From the NCBI GenBank assembly GCA_046290465.1, contig JBKAGP010000001.1, forward strand, positions 6,048,001 to 6,112,000: a DNA stretch of 64,000 nt, in the 5' to 3' direction. The stretch comes from Planctomycetota bacterium. Lineage in GTDB: Bacteria; Planctomycetota; UBA1135; UBA2386. The notes below the pieces were generated by a model. The model did not search any database. It was not told where the DNA came from and worked only from the letters and a program-made list of their open reading frames with translations. Below, piece by piece: positions 19,344 to 28,957 of this stretch. Positions within the stretch are counted from its first letter, which is position 1, and each line of letters opens with the position of its first letter. Made by a program: the position numbers and the translations under genes.

Positions 19344-20368
19344 GGCGCGCCGCCTCGATCGCGGCCCTGCTGATGACGCTGTCCGGCTGCAGCGGCGGGG
19401 GCGGGGCGTCGCCGTGGTCGACGCCGCCGACGCTCGCGGTCGACGTGCGGGTCACGGTCGAGCCGACCGAGGTCGCGCTGCTGCATCCGGTCACGGTGAC
19501 CGTCGACCGCTACCGCCGCGACGGCGTCGAGGCCACCTTCGCGCCGGCCTTCGACGACAAGGTCTGGGTCGAACAGGCGCGGCAGGACACAGACGAGCGC
19601 GCGCTCGGCGACGGCCACTGGCAACGCTCGACGTTCACGCTGCTGCCGATCGACGGTCCGGGCGAACGGCGCGTGCCGGCGTTCCGCGTCGAGACCGTAG
19701 TCGCGGACGGCGACGCGCCGGAGGTGGCGACGACCGAGGAGGTCGTCGTGCTGGTGACGTCGACGCTGTCCGACGCACACGGCGCCGAGATCGAGGCGCC
19801 GGGCGAGCCGTTCGCGACGCCGCTGTCCTGGTGGTGGTGGGCCGGGGCCGCGGCGGCGCTGCTGCTGGTCGCCGGGTGGGTGCTGCTGTCGCGGCGGCGG
19901 CGGGCACCGCGGCCCGAGCACCTGACGATCGACGCGCCGGCGCACATCCGCGCGCTGCGCGAACTGCAGCGCTGGCGCACCGCGCCGCGCACGACGCCGC
20001 AGGAGATCGAGGCGTTCTACGTCGGCGTGTCGCAGGTGCTGCGCGTCTACCTCGAGGAGCGCTTCGGGCTGCACGCGCCGGAGCGCACCACCGAGGAGTT
20101 CCTGCGCGACCTCGAGGCCGGCGACGAGCTGGTGCGCGAGCACCGCGACGAACTGGAGCACTTCCTGTCGCAGTGCGACATGGTCAAGTTTGCCCGCCAC
20201 GTGCCGACCGGCGAGGAGCACGACCTGGCGTTCTCGCTGGCCGAGGCGTTCGTCGAGTCGACGCGCGTCGATCGCGCGCCCGAGCGCGACGGCGTTGGCG
20301 GCCTCGGCGGCGATACCGGCAGCGGCCTCGGCGAGGGGCGCCTCGGCGAACGGGAGGTCGCGTCGTGA
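19340..20368 (+). CDS. Bat-operon membrane protein (Ig-like domain, TM, helical C-terminus)
   Basis: Between DUF58 and BatA; LRVYLEERFG..APERTTEEFL, CDMVKFA; possible lipobox LSGC. Confidence 0.75.
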   Translation: MRRAASIAALLMTLSGCSGGGGASPWSTPPTLAVDVRVTVEPTEVALLHPVTVTVDRYRRDGVEATFAPAFDDKVWVEQARQDTDERALGDGHWQRSTFTLLPIDGPGERRVPAFRVETVVADGDAPEVATTEEVVVLVTSTLSDAHGAEIEAPGEPFATPLSWWWWAGAAAALLLVAGWVLLSRRRRAPRPEHLTIDAPAHIRALRELQRWRTAPRTTPQEIEAFYVGVSQVLRVYLEERFGLHAPERTTEEFLRDLEAGDELVREHRDELEHFLSQCDMVKFARHVPTGEEHDLAFSLAEAFVESTRVDRAPERDGVGGLGGDTGSGLGEGRLGEREVAS

Positions 20369-21333
20369 CGCTGCTCGGCTACACGCTGCTCGATCCGTGG
20401 TTCCTGCTGGCGATCCCGCTGGTGCTGCTGGCCGTCTGGCGCCGGCTCGCGACGCGCCGCGCGGCGCTGCCGACCGCCGCTGCGCACCTGTTCGCGGGCC
20501 TGCCGCGCACGCTGCGGCAGCGGCTGGCGTGGCTGCCGCTGCTGCTGCTGGCGATCAGCGGCGTCGCGCTGGCGCTGGCGCTGGCGCGGCCGGTCGAGCG
20601 CGAGGTCGTGCCGCTGCGCGAGGACGGCATCGACATCGTGCTGGCCGTCGACGTCAGCTCGTCGATGCTGCAGGAGGACATGCGCGCCAACGAGGCCTAC
20701 CGGCGCATGGACGCCGCGCGCGAGCGCGCCGAGCAGTTCGCGGCGGCGCGCAACCGCGATCGCGTCGGCGTGGTGGCGTTTGCCCGCTACGCCGAACTGC
20801 GCTGCCCGCCGACGCTCGACGAAGAGGCGCTCGGCGCCTTCCTGCGGGTGCTCGACACGGTGCCGCGCGGCAGCGAGTTCGACGCGACCGCCATTGGCGT
20901 CGCGCTGGCCAAGGCGGTCGAGGTGCTGTCCCGTTCGGACGCCAGGTCCAAGGTCGTGATCCTGCTCAGCGACGGCGAGAACAACGTCGACTCGATCCTG
21001 CCCGAGGACGCGGCGCGGCTGGCCAAGGACGCCGGCGTGCGCGTGCACACGATCGGCCTCGGCCACGGCCGGCCGTCGGCGTTCGGGTTCATGCCGCTGG
21101 CGTTCGACTCGCTCAAGCAGATCGCCAACGCGACCGACGGCGAGTTCTTCGAGGCGCGCAGCGACGACGACCTGGCCGGCGTCTACGAGCGCATCGACGA
21201 GCTGGAGACCAGCGAGCGCGAGGATCCGCGCTACCGCACCGTCGACCGGTTCGAACTGCCGCTCGCCGTCGGCCTGCTGCTGCTGCTGGTCGGCGTGCTG
21301 TTCGAGGCGTTGGTCGTGCGGAGGGTGCCGTGA
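20365..21333 (+). CDS. batA: VWA domain protein BatA-like
   Basis: N-terminal TM, LARP, DIVLAVDVSSSM (MIDAS), TAIG.AL, ILLSDGENN, C-terminal TM. Confidence 0.88.
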   Translation: MTLLGYTLLDPWFLLAIPLVLLAVWRRLATRRAALPTAAAHLFAGLPRTLRQRLAWLPLLLLAISGVALALALARPVEREVVPLREDGIDIVLAVDVSSSMLQEDMRANEAYRRMDAARERAEQFAAARNRDRVGVVAFARYAELRCPPTLDEEALGAFLRVLDTVPRGSEFDATAIGVALAKAVEVLSRSDARSKVVILLSDGENNVDSILPEDAARLAKDAGVRVHTIGLGHGRPSAFGFMPLAFDSLKQIANATDGEFFEARSDDDLAGVYERIDELETSEREDPRYRTVDRFELPLAVGLLLLLVGVLFEALVVRRVP

Positions 21334-22319
21334 GCGACCTCGAGTTCGCGCGCGGGGAGCTGTGGCCGTGGCTTTTGACGCTGCCGGTGGTCTGGGCCGT
21401 GCTGTGGCTGGTGCTCGATCGCAACCGCGTCGCCAGAGCCCGCTACGGCGCCGAGCCGCTGACGCGGGTGCCGTCGCCGCTGTGGCGATCGCTGCGCCTG
21501 AGCGCGCTGCTGGGCCTCGGCTTCGTCTGCTGGCTCGACCCGCGCTGGGGCGACGAGGTCGTCGACGTCGAACGCCGCGGCCTCGACCTGATCTTCTGCC
21601 TCGACACGTCGCAGTCGATGCTCGCGCGCGACATGCAGCCGACGCGCCTCGACCGGGCCCGTCGCGACATCCGCTCGGTGCTGCGCCACATCGAGGGCGG
21701 CGACCGGGTCGGCCTGGTGGTGTTCGCCGGCGAGGCCCGGCTGTGGGTGCCGCTGACGCACGACGTCGCGTCGTTCGAAGGCCTGCTCGACGAGGTCGAC
21801 ACCAACATCGCGCGCACCGGCGGCACCGACCTCGGCAAGGCGCTGCGGCGCGGCCTGGAGCTGGCCGATCCCGACGACGTGCAGACGACCGTGGTGGTGC
21901 TGATGACCGACGGCGAGGACCTCGCCGGCGCCGGCCAGCAGGCGGCGTCCGAGCTCAAGGACCAGGGGCTGATCGTGTTCACGGTCGGCTACGGCAGCGC
22001 GCTCGGCAGCAAGATCACGATCGAACGCGACGGCAAGGAGCAGTTCCTGCGCGATCGCGACGGCAACGAGGTCGTCACGAGCATGGACCCGGAGAGCCTG
22101 CGCAAGGTCGCCGCGGTGACCGGCGGCGAGTTCGTGCGGGCCGAGGCGATGGCGCTGCCGCTGGTCGAACTGCACCAGAAGCGCTTCGTGCCGATGCAGA
22201 AGCGCGCCTACGACGCCGGGGAGGAGACCGGCAAGCAGGCCCGCTACCAGCTGGTGCTGCTGCCGCTCGTCGTTCTGCTACTGTTGGAGATCGCATTCGC
22301 GCACGGACGCCACCGATGA
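21330..22319 (+). CDS. batB: VWA domain protein BatB-like
   Basis: PRWG, LDTSQSMLARD..PTRL, GDRVGLVVFAG, PLTHD, TDGED. Confidence 0.88.
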   Translation: MSDLEFARGELWPWLLTLPVVWAVLWLVLDRNRVARARYGAEPLTRVPSPLWRSLRLSALLGLGFVCWLDPRWGDEVVDVERRGLDLIFCLDTSQSMLARDMQPTRLDRARRDIRSVLRHIEGGDRVGLVVFAGEARLWVPLTHDVASFEGLLDEVDTNIARTGGTDLGKALRRGLELADPDDVQTTVVVLMTDGEDLAGAGQQAASELKDQGLIVFTVGYGSALGSKITIERDGKEQFLRDRDGNEVVTSMDPESLRKVAAVTGGEFVRAEAMALPLVELHQKRFVPMQKRAYDAGEETGKQARYQLVLLPLVVLLLLEIAFAHGRHR

Positions 22320-23479
22320 AGATGCTGTTGTCGACGATCGCCGCGCTGGCCGTCGCCCTTGGCGGCGGGGACCGCGAGGAAGGGCTGAAGCTCTACCGGC
22401 AGGGCAAGTACGCCGAGGCCCAGGCGGCGTTCACGCGCGCGCTCGAGCAGGACCCCGACTCCGCCGAACTGCAGTGGAACCTGGCGCTGGCGGCGTGGCG
22501 GGCCGGCGATCTCGCCACCGCCGAGACCGCGGCCGAGACCTACGCGGCGAGCTCCGAGCGCGCCAAGGAGGACCGGCACCGCGGCATGCTCGGTGCGATC
22601 CGCTACGCGGAGGCCGAGCAGTTCGAGCGCGACGCGGACGCGGCGCTGGCAGCGCCGCCGCCGCCGCCCGAACCCGGTCCCGACGACGAGCCGCCGAGCG
22701 ATCCGATGCCGCTGCTGGAGCGCGCGGTGCAGAAGGCGTTCCAGGCGAAGAACCACTTCGTGCGCGCGGTGCGCGCCAACCCGACGCCCGAACTGGTGCG
22801 CAACGCCGAGCGCGCCATCCAGAAGCTCGAGCAGCTGAAGAAGCGCCTCGAGGAGTTGATGGAGCAGCGCCAGCCGCAGCAACAGCCCGGGGACGGCGAC
22901 CAGCAGGATCCGCCGAACGAGGACGACCCGAAGCAGGACGGCGACCCCAAGCAGGGCGACCCCAAGCAGCCCGACCCCAAGCAGCCGGGCGAGCAGAAGG
23001 ATCCGCAGTCGCCTGAAGAGCCGTCGCCCGAACCGCAGTCGCCCGAGCAGCAGCAGCCCGAGAATGGGCAGCAGCCGCCGGAATCGCAGCCCGGGGAGGG
23101 CGAGCAGCCGCAGCCGGGCCAGGGCGAGGGCGCGCCGGAGGCACCCGAACCGAAGCCGGACGCATCGTCCGGCAACGAGCCTGGTGAGCCGCAGCCCCCG
23201 GAAGGCAAGCCAGACGGCAAGCCCGGCGACGAGCCCGGCGAACCGCAGCCGCAGCCGACCGACGAGCAGCAGGGCCAGCCCGATGGCTCCGACAAGCCGA
23301 TGGGCGCGCCGGAGCCCGAGCCGCGCACCGACGCGCCCGGTGAGGGCCTCGAAGGTCGCGAGCTGACTCCCGAACAGCAGAAGCGCCTGCTGGACCGGCT
23401 CAAGCAGCTCGATCAGGAGATGAAGAGGGCGCGGGCACGAGCGCGCGCCGGGCGCAAGCCGGTGGAGCGCGACTGGTGA
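22316..23479 (+). CDS. batC: TPR protein with Q/P/E-rich linker, BatC-like
   Basis: TPR G..LYRQGKYAEA...WNLA; low-complexity QPE linker; C-terminal RDW. Confidence 0.8.
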   Translation: MKMLLSTIAALAVALGGGDREEGLKLYRQGKYAEAQAAFTRALEQDPDSAELQWNLALAAWRAGDLATAETAAETYAASSERAKEDRHRGMLGAIRYAEAEQFERDADAALAAPPPPPEPGPDDEPPSDPMPLLERAVQKAFQAKNHFVRAVRANPTPELVRNAERAIQKLEQLKKRLEELMEQRQPQQQPGDGDQQDPPNEDDPKQDGDPKQGDPKQPDPKQPGEQKDPQSPEEPSPEPQSPEQQQPENGQQPPESQPGEGEQPQPGQGEGAPEAPEPKPDASSGNEPGEPQPPEGKPDGKPGDEPGEPQPQPTDEQQGQPDGSDKPMGAPEPEPRTDAPGEGLEGRELTPEQQKRLLDRLKQLDQEMKRARARARAGRKPVERDW

Positions 23480-25950
23480 TCGGCGCCTGGCGGTGGTTGG
23501 CGGCAGTGCTGGTGACGACGGTCGCGGTGCTGGCGCAGGAGAAGCTCGAGGTCGACCAGCCCGAGCCCGGCACGATCCGGCTCGGCGACGCGTCGCGCGT
23601 CGCGATCCGCATCGAGGGCAAGACCGCCAATCCCAGGCGGCCGGAGGTTCCCGAAGTCGACGGCCTGCGCATGCGGTTGCTCGGTCCGTCGCGCCACAGC
23701 AACACTTACTACGACGGCCGCCGCCTGATCGAACAGGTCGGCGTGCAGTACGTGCTCGAACTGCAGCCGTCGCGGCCCGGCGTGTTCGAGGTGCCGTCGT
23801 TCCCGATCTGGACCGGCACCAAGGAGCAGCGCACCCCGGTGCTGCGGCTCGAGGCGCGGCAGGACCTGGTCGGCGCCGAGTTGGGGTTCCTCGAGGTCGA
23901 CGTCGAGCCCAAGCGGGTCTACGTGCACGAACCGGTGCGCGTGCACCTCGACTACGGCGTGCAGCAGGGCGTGCGGCTCGCCGACGCGGTCGTCGACCGC
24001 TACCGCTACCAGGACATCGAGGTCCAGGCGGCCTGGCTGGACGACTTCCCCGGCGGCGAGCGGCTCGAGATCGCGCAGCCGACCGGCGACACGCGGGTCG
24101 CGGTCTGCAACCGCAAGCTGGTCCGCGCCGGCTTCGACGGCGGCCACCAGCGCGAGCAGAAGGTCTGGCAGCACTACTCGTTCGACCGCGCGTTCCTGCC
24201 GACGCGGCTCGGGCGGATCACGCTGCCGGCGCCGATGCTGCGCTTCCGGGTGGTCCGCGGCCGTCCGCAGACCAACCGCTTCGGCCGGCCGATCGGCGCG
24301 GCGACCGAGAACTACTCTGTCTACGGCAAGCCGGTCGAGATCGAGGTGCTGCCGATCCCGGAGGAAGGGCGGCCGACGCCGTTCTACGGCGCGGTCGGTC
24401 GCTTCACCGTCGCCGCCGGACTCGACCGCAGCCAGGTCCGGGTCGGCGAATCGGTCAAGCTCACGCTGACCGTGCGCGGCAGCGGCAATCTGGAGTTCCT
24501 GCGCCTGCCCGAACTCGACGAACTCGCGGGCTTCCACAAGCTGGGCTCCAACGAGGCGCAGCGCGACGCGGACAAGGTCGTGATCACCTACGACCTGACG
24601 CCGCTCAGCGAGGACGTGCGCGAGATCCCGGCGATCGGCTGGAACTACTTCGACACCACGCCGGGCGTCGAGGCGTTCGTCGAGGTGGCGACCTCGCCGC
24701 TGCCGCTCGACGTGCAGCCGCTGGCCAACGGCGAAGGGCTCTTGCCGCTGCCCGACGAGGTCGAGGCCGCGGTGACGCCCGGCGTCGACGACATCTTCGA
24801 CCTGCCGTCGCTCGACGGCACCGCGGTGCGGCGGGCGTCGCCGTCGGCGTGGCTCGGGGCGGTCGTCGTGGTGCTGCCGTGGCTGCTGGTGCTGGCGGCG
24901 GCGTTCGCGCTGCGCGCGCGCCGCCGCGCCGCCGCCGACGTGACCGGCCAGCGCGTGCGCGGCGCGCGACGCGCGTTCGAACGGTCGCTGCAGGCCGGGC
25001 ACGACGTGCTCGACGCGCTGGCGGCCTACCTCGGCGACCGGCTCGACGTGCCGGCGGCGGCCGTGATCACGCCCGAGCTGGCGCAGCGGCTCGCCGACAG
25101 CGGCCTCGACGACGCGGTGGCCCGCGAGGTCGCGGCGCTGGTCGATCGCGGCACCGCGGCGCGCTACGGCGGCGGCGAGTCGCTGTCGGCCGACGAGGCC
25201 CGCGGTGTCGTGCAGCGACTCGAAGGCGTGCGCTTCGGCGCGCGGCTGCTACCGCTGCTGTTGCTGCCGCTGGTGTTCGCGTGCGGCGGCGCGCTGCGTG
25301 CGCAGCACGACGAGGCGGTGCGCGCCTACCGCGCGGGCGACTACCAGGCCGCCGACGCGGCGTTCGCCGCCGCGTACGAGCGCACCGGCGACCGCCGGCT
25401 GCTGCGCGCGCGCGGCAACTGCCAGTACCGGATGGGTGACCTCGCCGGCGCGCGCTGGTCGTACGAACGTGCCCGCCTCGGCCTGCCGCGCGACGAGGAG
25501 CTGCTCGCCAACCTGCGCGTGCTGCGCCGGCAGCTGGAGCTGCCGCCCGAGCCGCCGGGCTTCACCGCCGAACTGCGCCGCCAGCTGGATCGTTGGACCG
25601 TCTGGGAACGCGCCGCAGTCGCGTCCGTCGCGATGCTGCTCGCCGCCGGTTGCCTCTTGTTCGGCTGGCGCCGCATCGGCCTGCGCTGGCTCGGGCTGGT
25701 GTGCCTGGTGCCCGGCGTCGTGCTCGCCGTCGACGTCGTCTGGCTGGCTCCGAGTCGGCCGGTCGAGGCGGTCGCGCTGCAGGAACTGCAGGTCACCTCG
25801 GAGCCGCGCGCCGACCTCGAGGCGGTCGCGACCGTGCGCCAGGGCGTGATGGTCGAACTCGGCGGCAGCACGCAGGGCGCGTTCGTGCGGGTGCGGGTGC
25901 AGGGCCGGACCGGCTACGTGCCGCGCGCGGCCGTCGGCGTCGTCGACTAG
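23476..25950 (+). CDS. batD: BatD family protein fused to a BatE-like TPR + SH3 module
   Basis: Ig-like BatD region with FYGAVGRFT and GSGNL; C-terminal TPR (GNCQYRMGD..ARWSYERA) and SH3-like RTGYVP. Confidence 0.8.
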   Translation: MIGAWRWLAAVLVTTVAVLAQEKLEVDQPEPGTIRLGDASRVAIRIEGKTANPRRPEVPEVDGLRMRLLGPSRHSNTYYDGRRLIEQVGVQYVLELQPSRPGVFEVPSFPIWTGTKEQRTPVLRLEARQDLVGAELGFLEVDVEPKRVYVHEPVRVHLDYGVQQGVRLADAVVDRYRYQDIEVQAAWLDDFPGGERLEIAQPTGDTRVAVCNRKLVRAGFDGGHQREQKVWQHYSFDRAFLPTRLGRITLPAPMLRFRVVRGRPQTNRFGRPIGAATENYSVYGKPVEIEVLPIPEEGRPTPFYGAVGRFTVAAGLDRSQVRVGESVKLTLTVRGSGNLEFLRLPELDELAGFHKLGSNEAQRDADKVVITYDLTPLSEDVREIPAIGWNYFDTTPGVEAFVEVATSPLPLDVQPLANGEGLLPLPDEVEAAVTPGVDDIFDLPSLDGTAVRRASPSAWLGAVVVVLPWLLVLAAAFALRARRRAAADVTGQRVRGARRAFERSLQAGHDVLDALAAYLGDRLDVPAAAVITPELAQRLADSGLDDAVAREVAALVDRGTAARYGGGESLSADEARGVVQRLEGVRFGARLLPLLLLPLVFACGGALRAQHDEAVRAYRAGDYQAADAAFAAAYERTGDRRLLRARGNCQYRMGDLAGARWSYERARLGLPRDEELLANLRVLRRQLELPPEPPGFTAELRRQLDRWTVWERAAVASVAMLLAAGCLLFGWRRIGLRWLGLVCLVPGVVLAVDVVWLAPSRPVEAVALQELQVTSEPRADLEAVATVRQGVMVELGGSTQGAFVRVRVQGRTGYVPRAAVGVVD

Positions 25951-25991
25951 GCGGGGGTCGAGGCAGTCCGACGAGCCAGCCGACCGACGCG

Positions 25992-26207
25992 TCAGCCGAG
26001 CATGCGCTTGGCGCGCCAGGCGACGATCAGCAGCAGGCCGCCGAGGATCAGGAACAGGCCGGCGACCAGATACTGCAGCAGCCACGGGTTGAACAGCAGC
26101 AGCAGCCCGAAGGCGAACACGCCGCCGCCGAGGAACATCAGCAGCAGCGGGAGTTGCGGGGGAATCGTCGGCATGCCCGGCATGCCGCCCTTCAAACGGA
26201 TGTCCAT
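25992..26207 (-). CDS. Small two-TM membrane protein
   Basis: 71 aa with two hydrophobic helices; follows the GNAT gene on the same strand. Confidence 0.65.
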   Translation of the reverse strand: MDIRLKGGMPGMPTIPPQLPLLLMFLGGGVFAFGLLLLFNPWLLQYLVAGLFLILGGLLLIVAWRAKRMLG

Positions 26208-26217
26208 GTGGTGAGTC

Positions 26218-27360
26218 TCAGGCGCGGTCGGTGAGCGGGCGTTCGTAGACGCGGTAGCGCCGGTAGGGTTCGCAGCCCAGCGACTGCAGGGGGCCGAGCA
26301 TGTCGGTGTTGTCCTCGAGGATCCAGCTCGCTTCGACCGCCCCGAAGCCGGCGTCGATGCCGTCGCTGGTGACCTTGTTCATCAGCAGCATGTCGAGGCC
26401 GGTCTTGCGATATTCGGCGAGCGCGCCGAGCGTCAGCACGCGGATCAGGTGCTTGTGCTTCATCGCGCGCAGGAACTTCCACCAGCCGAACGGCAACAGC
26501 CGGCCGTTGCACGCCTTGGCGCCGACGTTGGTGTCGGGCAGCGCGAGCACGAAGCCGACCGGCTCGCCGTCCTTCTCGGCGATGTGCAGCAGCGACGGGT
26601 GCGCGACCTTCTTCAGGTCCTTTGCCTGCGCCAGGAACTCGCCCTCGGTCATCGGCACAAAGCCCCAGTTCCGCTCCCAGATCCGCTCGTAGAGGTCCCA
26701 GAGCACCCGGCACTCGGCGTCGAAGCGCTTCAGGTCGACGCGGCGGACCACGATGCCGGTGCGCTTCTCGATGCGCGCGGTCAGCTTGTCCATGCGGCCG
26801 CGGTCGAGCGTGTGCTCGGTGCCGTAGAGCGCCAGCAGGTCCTTGGCCTTGTGCATGCCGAACGACTCGATCCAGTCGGCGTAGGCCTTTGGGTTGTGCG
26901 GCATCATCATCACCGGCGGGCCCGGCTGGCCCTCGACCAGCAGCCCGCAGCGGTAGTTGGTCGACAGGTCGACCGGCCCGCGCAGCGCCGTCGCCGAGCG
27001 CTGCCGGCACCAGTCGGCGGCGTGCTGCAGCAGGTGGTGGGCGGTGGCCTCGTCCCGGGCCTCGAAGTGGCCGAAGAAGCCGATCCGGTCGCCGTGGAAG
27101 TCGTCGTGCAGCTGGTCGCGCGCGGTGCTGATCCGGCCGACGCATTCGCTGCCGCGATATGCCGCGAACTTGTCGAACTGCGCGTGCTGAAAGAACGGGT
27201 TCTTGTGCGGCTCGAGCTGCCACGACTCCGCCATCGTGATCGGCGGCACGTAGTCGGGGTCGCCCCGGTAGAACGCCCGCTGCAGGTCGAGGAACTGGCG
27301 GGCCGAGCGCACGGGGCGGATCTCGAGGTCCACTTGCAGGTCTTTCCGCGGGGCGGTCAT
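26218..27360 (-). CDS. GNAT-family N-acetyltransferase (YghO-like)
   Basis: NPFF, VGRIS, GFFGHFE, RGPV, GLLVEG, NWGFVP, SWILEDN, YRVYE. Confidence 0.82.
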   Translation of the reverse strand: MTAPRKDLQVDLEIRPVRSARQFLDLQRAFYRGDPDYVPPITMAESWQLEPHKNPFFQHAQFDKFAAYRGSECVGRISTARDQLHDDFHGDRIGFFGHFEARDEATAHHLLQHAADWCRQRSATALRGPVDLSTNYRCGLLVEGQPGPPVMMMPHNPKAYADWIESFGMHKAKDLLALYGTEHTLDRGRMDKLTARIEKRTGIVVRRVDLKRFDAECRVLWDLYERIWERNWGFVPMTEGEFLAQAKDLKKVAHPSLLHIAEKDGEPVGFVLALPDTNVGAKACNGRLLPFGWWKFLRAMKHKHLIRVLTLGALAEYRKTGLDMLLMNKVTSDGIDAGFGAVEASWILEDNTDMLGPLQSLGCEPYRRYRVYERPLTDRA

Positions 27361-27378
27361 CCGGGTAGACGTTAGGGA

Positions 27379-28356
27379 ATGACGTTGTCCGTCGCCACGA
27401 ACCCGCGCGCCCGTTCTGCCCGCGTCGCCGCGAGCCTGCTCGCCGCGATCGCCGTGGCGGCGTGCGCCGGCACGCCCGAGACCTACACCCCGGGCGTGAT
27501 GACCAAGGAGCAGATCGCGCGCTGCCGCGAGGTCGCCCAGGCCTACTTCGATCGCAAGCCCGAATACCAGGCGATGCGCGACGAGCTGCGCGAGGACGAA
27601 CTCGCGAGCAAGTGGTTCGTGCGCTACCTGATCCACGGCATCGTCACGATGCGCGAAGGCCAGTCGGTGCTGCTCTCCGAGGAGAAGGTGCGGCTCGACA
27701 AGATCCGCCGGCAGCGCAAGGCGCCGCCGCGCTTCGACCTGCCCGGCCAGCGCGACGACCTGCGCGCGATCCACCAGATCGTCGCGATGGGCGAGCCGGC
27801 GGTCGAGGTCGTCATCGAGGACCTGCTCAAGGACCGGCAGGAGTTCCTGCGCACGATCGGGGTCGAGATCCTGGCCGGCGTCGGTGACGCGGCGGTGCCG
27901 AACCTGCTCGCGCTGGCCAAGGGTGGCGACGCCCGCCAGCAGGGTCAGGCGGCGCGCGCGCTGGGAGCGATCGGCGCGCGCGGCCCGGCGCTGGCGGCGC
28001 TGCGCGAGCTGGCCGGTTCGCCCGAGTGGCGGGTGCGCAGCGACGCGGCGCAGGCGCTCGGCACCGGCGGCGTCGAGGCGCGCACGCTGCTGATCGCGAT
28101 GCTGCAGGACGGGGATCCGTTCGTGCAGCGCAAGGCGGCGGAGACGCTGGCGAGCTACCCGGACGCGATCGCGGCCGGGGCGCTGGTTGACTTCCTCGAG
28201 TCCTGCAAGGAACGGAACGAATGGAACGGCGAGCTCGCGGCGCAGAACGCGCTGCAGCAGATCGCCGGCAGCAAGGGGCCGCGCACCGCTCAGGCGTGGC
28301 GGCACTTCGTCGAGCAGCTCCGTGAGGGGGGCGATCAGGCACAACATGGCCGATGA
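27379..28356 (+). CDS. HEAT-repeat lipoprotein
   Basis: Lipobox VAA-C; HEAT repeats (VRSDAAQALG, DPFVQRKAAETL). Confidence 0.75.
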   Translation: MTLSVATNPRARSARVAASLLAAIAVAACAGTPETYTPGVMTKEQIARCREVAQAYFDRKPEYQAMRDELREDELASKWFVRYLIHGIVTMREGQSVLLSEEKVRLDKIRRQRKAPPRFDLPGQRDDLRAIHQIVAMGEPAVEVVIEDLLKDRQEFLRTIGVEILAGVGDAAVPNLLALAKGGDARQQGQAARALGAIGARGPALAALRELAGSPEWRVRSDAAQALGTGGVEARTLLIAMLQDGDPFVQRKAAETLASYPDAIAAGALVDFLESCKERNEWNGELAAQNALQQIAGSKGPRTAQAWRHFVEQLREGGDQAQHGR

Positions 28357-28933
28357 GTGGAAGATCCAGCGGGACCGCGAGGGCTGCCAGAAGCCCGGCT
28401 GTCCGTTGCCGACCAGCAAGTCCTACTTCGCGGTACTGGAGTGGGGCGTCACCGAGGCGAAGTCGAAGGACGGCAAGTCCACCGGCGTCGAGATCCCGAT
28501 CTGCATCCGGCGCGAGATGTGCGACGCGTGCTTCCAGGACCACGAACGCAAGTGCGCCGAGGATCAGCCGCCGATCTTCTGGCGGGCGATGCGCAAGTCG
28601 TCGGGCAGCAAGGAGCCGGTGCTCGACCTGGTCTCGCTGCGGGCGCTGTTCGACCGGCTCGGCACGGTCGACGACGACCGCGCCCGGGCGCTGCGCTACT
28701 TCTGCGCGCTGCTGCTGCTGCGCAAGCGCGTGCTCAAGATGGTCAAGCCCAAGACCCGTGAGCAGGAGCAGGCCGACCTGGTCGTGCGCGACCCCAAGCT
28801 GAAGGAGATGGAGCCGGTCGCGCTCTACGCGCCGTCGATCGAGTCGACCGACATGTCGACGGTCAAGGACGAGCTGCTGGCCGCGATCGGCGAGACCAGC
28901 GACGAGGGCGAGCCGGCCGAAGCCGGCGACTGA
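28346..28933 (+). CDS. Hypothetical protein with Cys pairs (putative Zn-binding)
   Basis: ATG 28346 overlapping upstream gene; CQKPGC and CDAC; LRYFCALLLLRKRVLK. Confidence 0.7.
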   Translation: MADEWKIQRDREGCQKPGCPLPTSKSYFAVLEWGVTEAKSKDGKSTGVEIPICIRREMCDACFQDHERKCAEDQPPIFWRAMRKSSGSKEPVLDLVSLRALFDRLGTVDDDRARALRYFCALLLLRKRVLKMVKPKTREQEQADLVVRDPKLKEMEPVALYAPSIESTDMSTVKDELLAAIGETSDEGEPAEAGD

Positions 28934-28957
28934 TCGCGCGGCGGGGCGGCTCGCGGC

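Noticed and set aside
22860..23340. Repetitive DNA in batC as a possible array
   Set aside because: Encodes the Q/P/E low-complexity linker usual for BatC-like proteins; no spacer structure
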